From positions 131,874,001-131,938,000 of the forward strand of contig NC_043001.1 in assembly GCF_006345805.1 (NCBI RefSeq): a DNA stretch of 64,000 bases. Reading direction: 5' to 3'. Positions 12,510 to 23,686 of the stretch are shown one piece after another. The notes beneath the pieces were generated by a model. That model saw only the letters and a program-made list of their open reading frames with translations, was not told the DNA's origin and ran no database searches. Made by a program: the position numbers and the translations under genes. This stretch comes from Octopus sinensis (lineage: Eukaryota). Within the stretch, counting starts at the first letter, position 1; each line of letters starts with the position of its first letter.

Positions 12510-13157
12510 CTAAAGGGTATTCAGCTGCGGTTTATATTTTTAATGAGTAAGCTTTGCTTATTCGAACGGAGTTGTGTTGAAGAGTTTCCGGTGCATTCAT
12601 AGAGAGGGAAGATTTGGTATTTCGGGTTTATGTTTGTGGGGCATTGGTCTAGGTGTTTGCTTGCGGGAATTTTCCTGGTCCTAGGTTCACGGATCTGTTG
12701 CCTGTGTACCGTTAGTCAAGGTTAAACTAATTTGACCTATATAGTCTTCACCACACCCTCCACATTTGAGAACATAGATTAACTTCTTCGAAGCACAGGT
12801 GAAGTGCTTTTTTTATGGTGAAAGCTTCACCTGGCGTAAATGTGCATGTTGAGCCCTCTAAGAGAAAGTATGCAAATCCCGCAGTTAGGGAGATTGCACT
12901 TTTTGACGAATGGGGTTGTATTTTTGGTGGATAATTTCACACTGGTGAGCAACATTTTAGGGATTGCGGTTATCTCATGCTTTTAATAATCATACGTGTT
13001 TCCAGTGCTTTTTTCATTCGCAGGTCCTTGATAAGGAGGGGCATGTTTTGGTGGATAATGTATACTTCCATGCTCCACGGATTGTGTGTTCATACGTAAG
13101 ATAAAGTTTTAAGTGTGTCATGGTGTTTTCTTGTTTTCCGTAACTATTGGACGTGTA
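12510..13157 (-). pseudogene. Penelope-like element ORF remnant (linker and GIY-YIG endonuclease), disrupted
   Basis: Reverse translation across stops and frameshifts gives THNP...IIKSMR*PQSLK...KKCNLPNCGIC, then HFTCASKKLIYVLKCGGCGEDYIGQ...LTVHRQQIREP...SKHLDQC...YKPQLN. These are the typical Penelope CxxC and GIY-YIG motifs. Confidence 0.85.
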
Positions 13158-13306
13158 TCAAAAAATTTGCTTCACCACATACCGAAATTTAGAAATAGCA
13201 CTTAAAACTAGCTATTTCTCTACCATAAGTAAATCTCCCAGACAACAATACTCAACAACCCACGTAGGCAAAGAGAAAAGATAACGAATCCACCCGGCTT
13301 TGATTA

Positions 13307-13391
13307 ACTGTAGACGCGTTTCGGAGTTAGATAGATGTGAAAAATGTAAAAACCACATTTCCACTCTATCATTCTCACTCTTCAGTACAGT
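13307..13391 (-). ncRNA. Type I hammerhead ribozyme
   Basis: ACUGUA CUGAAGA G[long stem II hairpin]C GAAA CGCG UC UACAGU: 6-bp stem I, full core, palindromic ACGCGU stem III, GUC site. Confidence 0.85.
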
Positions 13392-13863
13392 ATTTCAAGA
13401 TTTTAAATTTGAGAGCGCTGTAAAAATTAAACATACCTTATCTGATCAAGCGTCATCAGACAACATACATCTAACAACCAGTACTTCCGAATTCAAACAG
13501 ACGAATGAGATCTTGTATTCTCCCTCACCTACCCACGTGTGCTACTGAGTAAAATTCTACTGAAAAAAACTGTAGTTTACTATCAGGGAGAGAATTATAT
13601 CATTATTAATAATAAAGGGTAAAATTAATTAATTAATTAATAATTAATAATTTTACCAAGTAGCTCGGTATGTTAAAAGAAACATTATCGATAAACTTAA
13701 TTTTTTAAATAATTATGAGTATAGTAATAATTAGGGTTCAGCAAAAAAATTTGCTTCACCACATACCGAAATTTAGAAATAGCAGTTAAAACTAGCTATT
13801 TCTCTACCATAAGAAAATCTACCAGACAATAATACTCAACAACCCGCGCAGGCAAAGGGAAAA

Positions 13864-13930
13864 ACTGTAGACGCGTTTCGGAGTTAGATGTGAAAAATGT
13901 AAAAACCACATTTTCACTCTTCAGTATAGT
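13864..13930 (-). ncRNA. Type I hammerhead ribozyme (shortened stem II, one stem I mismatch)
   Basis: ACUAUA CUGAAGA G...C GAAA CGCG UC UACAGU. Confidence 0.75.
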
Positions 13931-13959
13931 ATTTCAAAATTTTAAATCAGATAAGGTAT

Positions 13960-14372
13960 ACTCTTTTACTCTTTTACTTGTTTCAGTCATTTGACTGCGG
14001 CCATGCTGGAGCACCGCCTTTTAACCGAGCAACTCGACCCCGGGACTTATTCTTTTGTAAGCCCAGTACTTATTCTATCGGTCTCTTTTGCCGAACCGCT
14101 ATGTAACGGGGACATAAACACACCAGCATCGGTTGTCAAGCAATGCTAGGGGGTCAAACACAGATACACAAACGCACACACGCATATATATATATATATA
14201 CATATATACGACGGGCTTCTTTCAGTTTCCGTCTACCAAATCCACTCACGAGGCATTGGTCGGCCCGGGGCTATAGCAGAAGACACTTGCCCAAGATGCC
14301 ACGCAGTGGGACTGAACCCGGAACCATGTGGTTGGTTAGCAAGCTATTTACCACACAGCCACTCCTGCGCCT
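13960..14372 (-). mobile_element. tRNA-derived SINE family A inserted into the hammerhead repeat
   Basis: Full copy; splits host sequence TCAGATAAGGTAT|GTTTAATTTTTACAG. Confidence 0.9.
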
Positions 14373-14415
14373 ATGTTTAATTTTTACAGTGCTCTCAAAT
14401 TTAAAATCTTGAAAT

Positions 14416-14500
14416 ACTGTACTGAAGAGTAAGAATGATAGAGTGGAAATGTGGTTTTTACATTTTTCACATCTATCTAACTACGAAACGCGTCTACAGT
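14416..14500 (+). ncRNA. Type I hammerhead ribozyme
   Basis: ACUGUA CUGAAGA(14422-14428) G...C GAAA CGCG UC UACAGU; GUC at 14492-14494. Confidence 0.85.
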
Positions 14501-14794
14501 TAACCAAAGCCGGGTGGATTCGTAATTTTTTCTCTTTGCCTGCGTGGGTTGTGGAGTATTTACTCGGAGATTTACTTATGGTAGAGAAATTGCAAGTTTT
14601 AACTGCTATTTCTAGATTTCGGTATGTAATGAAGCAAATTTTTTGCTGAACTCTAATTATAATTATACTCATAATTATAAAAAGTTTTGTTTAAGTTTAC
14701 CGATAATGGTTCTTTTAACATACCAAACTACTTGGTAAAATTATTAATTATTAATTGATTAATTAATTTTACCTTTTATTATTATTGACACACA

Positions 14795-14882
<88 letters not shown>

Positions 14883-15288
14883 ATATATATACATATCTAT
14901 ACACACATATATATATACGTAAATTTATATACATATATATATACATGCCTATATATGTATATATACATATACATACACACACACACACATACACATACAC
15001 ATATATATATGCACACGCACACATACATATATTTATGGGAGCAAGAGTCTTCGAAGACACATGTTATCGTTCAATACTCGAAACGAGAAGTAGACAGACA
15101 GTCGGCAACTGATGAAAGGTCGTTTTCGTGTTACTTGTCCTGTTTTCCATTTGTTTCTCTGTTGTTTCGTATTGAACTCATTTGTTTTCGTATTTCATGT
15201 TGTTTACTGTTGGTGACGTCCAGTACCTATATATCCTTACATCCTTAAAAATGCTTTAGCCCGAAGGCCGCGGCCATGCTGGGGCACC

Positions 15289-15331
<43 letters not shown>

Positions 15332-15518
15332 TTTATATTTATTAATATATATATGTGTGTGTGTGTGTGTGTGTATATGCATATATATATACATATTAAT
15401 ATATAAATATATTATGTGTATATATATATATCTACATATATACATATATACATATATTATATATATATATATATATATATAATATATTATATATAATATA
15501 TATATATATATATATGTA

Positions 15519-15760
15519 TTAGATGACTGCTCTCACGGAGCGCATCGCTATGCGCTCGTGAGAGCAGTCATCTAAAGGTTTTTGTGAATCTTGATGTTGA
15601 CATAAATTCTTGTTTTTCCTGATGAGAAAGCGGCATAATGTACGCCTTATTCCTTCACAATTAGGAATATGCAGCCTTCGAAACATATGTCGAAAATAAA
15701 GGAAATTTGTTAATTTGTCGTTCAACTCCATTCTTTCATTTATTCATAAATTTTATAAAT
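15519..15760 (+). mobile_element. (TA)n-embedded element with 5' fold-back and hammerhead
   Basis: 26-bp hairpin at 15519-15575, hammerhead at 15614-15696, TA arrays on both sides. Confidence 0.7.
15614..15696 (+). ncRNA. Type I hammerhead ribozyme
   Basis: UUUUC CUGAUGA GAAAGCGGCAUA...UAUGCAGCCUUC GAAA CAUAUG UC GAAAA; palindromic ACAUAUGU stem III; GUC at 15689-15691. Confidence 0.85.
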
Positions 15761-16069
15761 ATATATATATATATATATATATACTAAGTTTAACCCTCTA
15801 CAAATCCCAAATTTTATTTGGCTTGCGGGAGCAACTGTTTTCTCGAAAACACATCTTGTCGTAATTACTCGAAATGAGGAGTAGATAAACAGCCGATAAC
15901 AGATGAAGGGTCGTTCTTTATGTTATTTGTCTTGTTTTCCATTCGTTCCTTCCGTTGTTCACAAAAGAAGTTCGTATTCCCTGTTTTTGTATTTCGTATT
16001 TCACGTTGTTTACATTTTATGACGTCCTGCACCCATATATGCATATATATGTATGAACATATATGTATG

Positions 16070-16108
<39 letters not shown>

Positions 16109-16208
16109 TATATTATATAATATACATATATGTATATCATGTATATTATATATTACATATATATATGTATATATATTTATAATATATTTATAAGTATATG
16201 TTTATATA

Positions 16209-16435
16209 TAGTTATCGCCATACTAATATGGCATTCTTATAAAATAAGAAAAAAGCTGTCCGCTTATTAGCTCCATGAGGCCATCGCCTTAAGTTAGCTA
16301 ATAAGCTAATGGAGCGATAAGCGGACAGCTTTTCTATTTTATAAGAATGCCATATTAGTATGGCGATAACTATTATTTTCCGGAACGCTGCCGCTGTTCT
16401 CTTTTAGAGAGACTTAGTTATTTAATATTTCTATT
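16209..16435 (+). mobile_element. Fold-back element in (TA)n (second copy 31817-32073)
   Basis: ~65-bp inverted arms TAGTTATCGCCATACTAATATGGCATTCTTATAAAATA / TATTTTATAAGAATGCCATATTAGTATGGCGATAACTA plus a shared tail TTTAGAGAGACTTAGT. Confidence 0.75.
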
Positions 16436-16532
16436 ATGTTTATATATATATATTTATACATATATATATTTATATATACATATACATATATACATATATA
16501 CATATACATACATATATACTTACATATTTATG

Positions 16533-16563
<31 letters not shown>

Positions 16564-16584
16564 GTGTCTATATATATGTACTAC

Positions 16585-16637
<53 letters not shown>

Positions 16638-17420
16638 CTATCTATATGTACTAGATCGAATGTGCTATAAAGATGACGAATATTTTATGTTTGGTGAAAG
16701 AAGAGAGTTTAAAGTTTCAATATAATTCCTTGTCGGAAAGGAGAAACAGAAAAATCCAAAGAGGGAAGAGAAAAGAAATCACCAACAGATCACATTTAAT
16801 TACATGCTATATACACTATCCATTCATAGTTGGAGTACACATTTGTTTGCAGAATCAAATCCTGTGTGCAACAAAATTACTGCTCAATGTGGTCATTCAA
16901 TGTACTAGAAATAGCAACCAAATTTTTCTCAAATCATTCCTTAATCTTACATTGAATAATTAAGTTTTAGATACTCAGTGTCTGAACTGAAGATGAAACT
17001 GTTATATCTGGAATGCCATTTATTAACAAGATATAAGAAAGAGAATATAAAAACAGACTGAACAGTGGAGAAATAAATGTCCAGATTGCCACAGAGTATG
17101 ATAAACTATTGTGTTGATATATATTGTGGCTCTCAACAAACTGAAGTATGGTATGACACTACTACTACTACTACAAAAAATACTTCTACTACTATTCCCT
17201 GCTCTAAAAATTATCAATATTTTGATTTCTTACATTGGTACAAGGCTCCAAATTTATGCCAGATGGATATAATCAACTGATTCAGCCCAAATATATAATG
17301 GGTAGTCTATTAATTTTGTGTGTGTATGTTGGGTGTTATTTTATGACTCCCCATTCCTCAGAGGAATAAAGAATGATTGAAAAAATTAATTTGGGTCAAA
17401 ATCTACAAAATTACTGGATA

Positions 17421-17479
17421 ATTCCAGATCCCGGATTTCTGATTTTGCATTAAGAAATGCTTTGCCTCATCAGTGTAAT
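17421..17479 (-). ncRNA. Type I hammerhead-like motif (imperfect)
   Basis: AUUACA CUGAUGA GGCAAAGCAUUUCUUAAUGCAAAAUCA GAAA UCCGGGA UC UGGAAU; one stem I mismatch, weak stem II base. Confidence 0.5.
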
Positions 17480-17499
17480 ATACGCAGAGAGAAACATAA

Positions 17500-17567
<68 letters not shown>

Positions 17568-17824
17568 ACATACATACAACATACGAATACTTACATATAC
17601 GAACTTATACATACATATATATGCACGTATGCAACATGACCAGTTTAAAATGCCCGTTTCTTAATTCCATGTGCGATATGGTTAAAACATCACCGCAGTA
17701 AATACAATGACAAAAAGCGGGCATTTTAAATTGCTCATGTTGCATACGTGCATGTATGTATAAGTTCGTATATGTAAATATTTGTATGTTGTATATATAT
17801 GTATTTATGTTTCTCTCTGCGTAT

Positions 17825-17883
17825 ATTTCACTGATGAGGCAAAGTATTTCTTAATGCAAAGTCAGAAATCCGGGATCTGGAAT
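17825..17883 (+). ncRNA. Type I hammerhead-like motif
   Basis: AUUUCA CUGAUGA GGC AAA GUAUU UCUU AAUGC AAA GUC A GAAA UCCGGGA UC UGGAAU; 6-bp stem I, AUC triplet, extra A before GAAA. Confidence 0.6.
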
Positions 17884-18342
17884 TACCCAGTAATTTTTTA
17901 CTAGTTTAATTTTGTCTTCTGTCTTCTCTCCTTGTGCTATATGAACACTTAAGGTGGTTTTAGAGTCAGATACTGGCTGTTATTTTCAGCATGGCGGCAT
18001 CTCGTAGATACCCTAAGTTATAATTTTAATAATAATTATTACCTTTGATGGTTTTTATTTCCATGCTGGCTACTTGATAAGATCGTTATTTAATTTAAAT
18101 TAACGATCTTATCCTTATATATATATATGAGCGGTCAGTACCCTCTCTACCACTTGACAACAGGTGTTGGTGTGTTTATGTCCCATTAATTAGCAGTTCA
18201 GCAAAGAGACCAATAGAATAAGTAAAAGGCTGACAAAAAAATACTAGAGTCAATTCATTTGACTTAAAATTCTTCAAGGCAGTGTTTCAGAATCACCACA
18301 TTCTAATAAGCAAAACAAATATTAAATTTATATATATATCAT

Positions 18343-18537
18343 GATAGATCGTTAGCTCCTACACGCATTTTTTTCTCTCCTTGTTTTTCTTCTGTGTATC
18401 TTTCTGTCGAAGAGCGTAGGCTCGAAACGTAAAAGACTTTTTCTACTTCTATTCCTGAGCGCTATACTAATACATTTGTTTATTTGTACTCCACCTGCCT
18501 TCGTCTTTTGTTTATTTACGTAAACTTTCCCTTTATA
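18343..18537 (+). mobile_element. Short Penelope-type repeat carrying a minimal hammerhead
   Basis: Homologous to 5690-5905; ends in a long (TA)n. Confidence 0.7.
18399..18436 (+). ncRNA. Minimal type I hammerhead-like motif, variant core CUGUCGA
   Basis: UCUUU CUGUCGA A GAGC GUAG GCUC GAAA CG UA AAAGA. Confidence 0.6.
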
Positions 18538-18567
18538 TACATACATACATATATATATAATATAATA

Positions 18568-18681
<114 letters not shown>

Positions 18682-19500
18682 TATATACATTATACACATA
18701 TATATGAAAGACCAAACCAAAATTGAAATGGTATCTTTTGACATATCTGTATATCTGGATTATTACTTTCGCAAAAGCCAGGATGAACATCACACAATCA
18801 TAAATTTTAAAATGTTTCTCAAAATCTCAGGTGTTGTTTTAAACTCAGCGTAATAAATCAATACAAATGTGACATGCGAATCTCAAAGTTATTGTCATGT
18901 TATACAATAACTTACAAGATATTTGTCAAAACTTTGGGGGAATTATATAGTTTCTAATCTTGACAAAACTCTGTTGGGGAAAATGCACCATATTTTAAAT
19001 GTTTACCCACAGAAGGAAAGTAATGGTGATGGGTGGTATAAATAAATAAATACATAAATAAATAAATATGCAAATAAATAAGATGATTTCCAGAAGCAGT
19101 CAATTGATCTGTAAAACCATGTGGATATAGATTTATTGGTCGCTTATATGAAAAAGTAAGAGATTAGTTTTTGTATTTGGCTTACATAATAATACTGTTA
19201 TATAGACAACTTACTTCAGGTTTTATATTTATCAATCATCTTGCAAATACCTACGTATATGGTATGATTGATTTTTTTTTGTTTTTCTTTCTCTGCTCTT
19301 TTTTTTTTGCTTTTTAGTTTTCTTTCATCATTTATTTCAACTTATTTTTATTTTGTGTATGTGTACTTTTTACACACACACACACACTCATACATACATA
19401 CATTTATACATACGTACATACATACATGCACACATACATGCACACATACATATATACACATTTTTGCATATACACACACACATATATATATATATATACA

Positions 19501-19845
19501 TACTCTTTTACTCTTTTACTTGTTTCAGTCATTTGACTGCGGCCATGCTGGAGTACCGCCTTTAGTCGAGCAAATCAACTCCAGGACTTATTCTTTTGTA
19601 AGCCCAGTACTTATTCTATCGGTCTCTTTTGCCGAACCGCTAAGTAACGGGGACGTAAACACACCAGCATCAGTTGTCAAGCAATGCTAGGGGGACAAAG
19701 ACAGACACACAAACATACACGCACACACACATATATATATACATATATACGACGGGCTTCTTTCAGTTTCCGCCTACCAAATCCACTCACAAAGCATTGG
19801 TCGGCCCGGGGCTATAGCAGAAGACACTTGCCCAAGATGCCACAT
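19501..19845 (-). mobile_element. SINE family A, head truncated
   Basis: Near-identical to 13960-14305. Confidence 0.85.
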
Positions 19846-20681
19846 ATATATTTATGCATGCATATTAGTATATATACATGTGTGTGTGTGCGTGCGTGTC
19901 TATGTGTGTGTGTGTATACATATATATCATCATCATCATTTAACGTCCGTTTTCCATGCTGGCATGGGTTGAACGGTTTGACTGAAAATTGGTAAGCTGG
20001 GGAGCTGCACCAGGTTCCTATCTGATTTGGCCGGGTTTCTGCAACTGGATGCCCATCCTGACACCAACCACTCCAAGAGTGCAATTCATTATCACCAGTA
20101 TCATCATTATCATTATTTAATGTTCGTATTCCAAGTTGGTATAGGTTGGATAGTTTGACAGAGGACTACGTTGAACTACAACGTTTACTTTGACAGTTTG
20201 GTGCTTTTCATACTGCCAACAACTTTGCAGAATATACAAGTGCTTTTTTTGTGGCACAGATGCTACTGAAGTCGCCAAGTAATTTGCAAGACAAAGCCCA
20301 CGAAAGGAAAATGGATGGGGTACAGAATTGAGGGAGATAGCTTTGTGCCAGATGCTGAGAGGCTAAAGTATGATAAAGGTATAGGACACAGGTATCTTAC
20401 AGTAGAGGCAATACATAGCTACCTCAATAGGAAACAAAGAAAAGATGAAGTTTTAGGGTGTACTCTCAAGATATAAGCTGGATAAAGAGAGAATAGTGAC
20501 AGAGAACAGCTGAGGATGGCTGGATGGGTAGGAGTGCAAGCGTGTGAAATGAGAGTGACAGGTGGTTAGAGATAAGGAGGAAGTAATTGCAGGGAACGGT
20601 TAGCATAGGTGGAAGTGAGGTTAGTGAGGAATCTCTGTTTGGAAAGAAGGTAAAAGAAAACAGGAATGTGTCAGGGAGGAG

Positions 20682-21490
20682 GTGAGCTGGCAGAAACGTT
20701 AGCACGCCGGGCAAAATGCTCAGCGGTATTTCGCCTGCCGTTATGTTGTGAGTTCAAATTCCGCCGAGGTCGACTTTGCCTTTCATCCTTTCGGGGTCGA
20801 TAAATTAAGTACCAGTTACGCACTGGGGTCGATGTAATCGACTTAATCCGTTTGTCTGTCCTTGTTTGTCTCCTCTGTGTTTAGCCCCTTGTGGGTAATA
20901 AAGAAATAGGTAATAGGTGGTAATACATAAAAGTGGAAAGGTAGCGAGCAACTGTGTAATAAAACAATAAACAGATGAAAAATAGGGAGATGATGTGAAG
21001 TGCAAGGGAGAGAGAAAAAAGCAAAATGAAGCAGATAGGGATCAGAAATATGTAGAGATAGATATAGTGAAGAAGTGACAAAAATGGTGAAAGGCGGAGA
21101 GCTGACAGAAACATTAGCATGCCAGGCAAAATGCTTAGCGATATTTTGTCTGTCTTTACATTCTGAGTTCAAATTCCACCAAGGTCGACTTTGCCTTTCA
21201 TCCTTTCGGGGTCGATTAAATAAGTACCAGTTTCGCACTGGGGTCGATGTAATCGGCTTAATCCGTTTGTCTGTCCTTGTTTGTCCCCTCTATGTTTAGC
21301 CCCTTGTGGGTAATAAAGAAACAGATATTTTGTCTGTCTTTACATTCTAAGTTCAAATTCCACCGAGGCCGAATTTGCCTATCATCCTTTTGGGGTCGAT
21401 AAATTAAGTACCAGTTACGTACTGGGGTCGATCTAATCGACTGGCTCCGTCCCCAAAAATTTCTGGCCTTGTGCCTAGAGTAGAAAAGAA
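20682..21490 (+). mobile_element. Family B SINE copies (20682-20910; dimeric 21090-21490)
   Basis: A/B boxes and the conserved GTCGACTTTGCCTTTCATCC domain. Confidence 0.8.
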
Positions 21491-21739
21491 AAATGGTGAA
21501 GGGTGTTGTTAGCAGTTATGAAATGGTACTCAACGAGAAAGGGATATTCAGCGAAAAATAAGGTGTTGTTGTAAATGCTGGATGGATGGCAAGGGAAGTG
21601 CTTTCAAGGAGAGAGATAACAGGGAGTACAAAAGGGATTATGGAATAGATGCATTTCTGCTCTTATAAAATTACAGTAGTTGAGAGCATAGACATTGATG
21701 ATATATATATCATCAATGGGGCAAAGACACTGATGATAG

Positions 21740-21779
<40 letters not shown>

Positions 21780-22076
21780 ACATGCATAGACAATACTGAC
21801 ATGCACACACTTACACACACAGGCATGTTTATATTGCATGCAAAATATTATATAGATTAAACACAATAAGCAGTACACAATAAATATAATAGATTTAATT
21901 AGAATTGGTAAATTTTTTTCCTATTTGTTTATTCAATGCCATACCCACGTACACACACACATACCATTAATCTAACTCCTCCCCAATGAAATACGTATCA
22001 ATTGAACACTAGGGTCAGATATAATCAACCTGACCCCTCTTTTAAAATTTCAGGCCTTGCACCTATAGTAAAAAGG

Positions 22077-22109
<33 letters not shown>

Positions 22110-22494
22110 GAGTGAGAGAGCAGTTCATGCCATCAAAGTGACACTGGAGTAAAATATACGAAGCCCAATATACCCATCATGACTACCCGTCTGATAAGGG
22201 TACACCAGGCACATGCATCACAACCATATGTGCGCGACATTGTGATCTCATATCAAGATAAACAGCACATGACCTTGCAGATGGGGCCCAGTTAGAATAT
22301 TCTTCAGGTTGAGTAGCCCATCCCGCTCAAAAGGTCCCTGAATAAGGGTTGTTTAAGGACGTTGAAAAAACCAACCTTGTTTCCAGAGGTGAATTATTCA
22401 AACCCCAAAGAATCCCTCTCAACACATGGCTATGATGCTCCCCCACTACTTCTGCTCGTGATCAGAGATGCACATAACATCAGCCACTAAGGGA

Positions 22495-22495
<1 letters not shown>
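22110..22495 (-). mobile_element. Non-coding repeat family C associated with (AAT)n
   Basis: Flanked by (TTA)n on both sides; homologous to 34851-35390, 49828-50343 and 60628-60950; all end ...CTCACTC-AATAAT. Confidence 0.8.
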
Positions 22496-22558
<63 letters not shown>

Positions 22559-23305
22559 TGTAGATTTATTTGTTTTAACTATGAATCTATGCTTCTGTAC
22601 ATAATGTGTGCACTGTGTGTGTGTGTGTGTGTGGATATACATACACTTTCTTTTATTGCCAATATTATTGTGGATGAGAAGAAATTATAGGACAAATTAA
22701 AATATATGGGTTTTTTTTTACATAGAAATTGCTTGCACTTGGAATAAAATCTTAGACTCTTCATATTTATAGGCAAAATATTCTCAGTAATGCCCTCCAC
22801 ACCCACCTTTGTTCATGTCTTTCCTCAGCAGCATTACCACTCTACAGATCACGGAACTAGAAATTCTTCCATTCTCCCGTCATTTGTAATAATACTCAAC
22901 AAATATTTTGCCAAATACCCACCATTTCGAAGGTTTTCAGCTTTACCTAATCCATTTGGCTTAAGAACTCTATTCCTACCATTGACCCGTCCTCTAGTTA
23001 TAGTTTGTGCACTCCTAAGTTAGTTACATCATCCTCTTTATTATTAATTAACATGATTGCCACCAAACACAAGGTGTTTATTTCTAGTATGTATGAGGGG
23101 CTGAAGATGAACCCCCTTGCTCTTGATCAGAGTAGTGAAGTGAATCTTTACCTCACCCTTAATGAGTAGCCTAGCATTTACCATCCCATATCAATCGCCA
23201 GAGTGACAAAAGCTTCTCATTCCCAAACCTCTTTTTGGTTCTTTCCTACTCAAATGTCTGTCAGCTTTCTATGCTCTGAGTTGTTACACCTACATTTGTA
23301 CGCTG

Positions 23306-23686
23306 TGGAGGCGCAATGGCCCAGTGGTTAGGGCAGCGGACTCGCGGTCGTAGGATCGCGGTTTCGATTCCCAGACCGGGCGTTGTGAGTGTTTATTGAG
23401 CGAAAACACCTAAAGCTCCACGAGGCTCCGGCAGGGATGGTGGTGATCCCTGCTGTACTCTTTTACCCCAACTTTCTCTCACACTTACTTCCTGTTTCTG
23501 TTGTACCTGTATTTGAAAGGGCCGGCCTTGTCACTCTCTGTGTCACGCTGAATATCCCCGAGAACTACGTTAAGGGTACACATGTCTGTGGAGTGCTCAG
23601 CCACTTACACGTTAATTTCACGAGCAGGCTGTTCCGTTGATCGAATCAACCGGAACCCTCGTCGTCGTAACCGACGGAGTGCTTCC
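23306..23686 (+). mobile_element. tRNA-Arg-like SINE (family D; resembles octopus OR-type SINEs)
   Basis: Head GGAGGCGCAATGGCCCAGTGGTTAGGGCAGCGGAC-TCG-CGG...GGTTTCGATTCCC; TSD ACATTTGTAC(G/A)CTG at 23292-23305 and 23687-23700. Confidence 0.9.

Larger units (their letters stand above)
13158..14785. mobile_element. Retrozyme-like hammerhead repeat: two tandem copies on -, one inverted copy on + (interrupted by a SINE)
   Basis: 13161-13410 is repeated at ~13745-13947; 13948-14785 (minus the SINE) is the reverse complement of the unit; each copy contains a hammerhead. Confidence 0.75.
17407..18115 (+). mobile_element. Inverted-repeat element with two hammerhead-like motifs and a 3' tail ending in (TA)n
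   Basis: 17407-17660 is the reverse complement of 17712-17897; terminal hairpin GATAAGATCGTTA...TAACGATCTTATC near 18077-18114. Confidence 0.65.

Noticed and set aside
14143-14412. Recurrent ORF ...RASFSFRLPNPLTRHWSARGYSRRHLPKMPRSGTEPGTMW...
   Set aside because: Antisense reading of SINE family A; it recurs because the SINE does, and the frame is not conserved between copies.
23306-23380. tRNA-Arg(TCG)-like sequence (also 39270, and ACG-type at 38265)
   Set aside because: Acceptor stem does not pair properly and each is the head of a SINE, most with TSDs; not tRNA genes.
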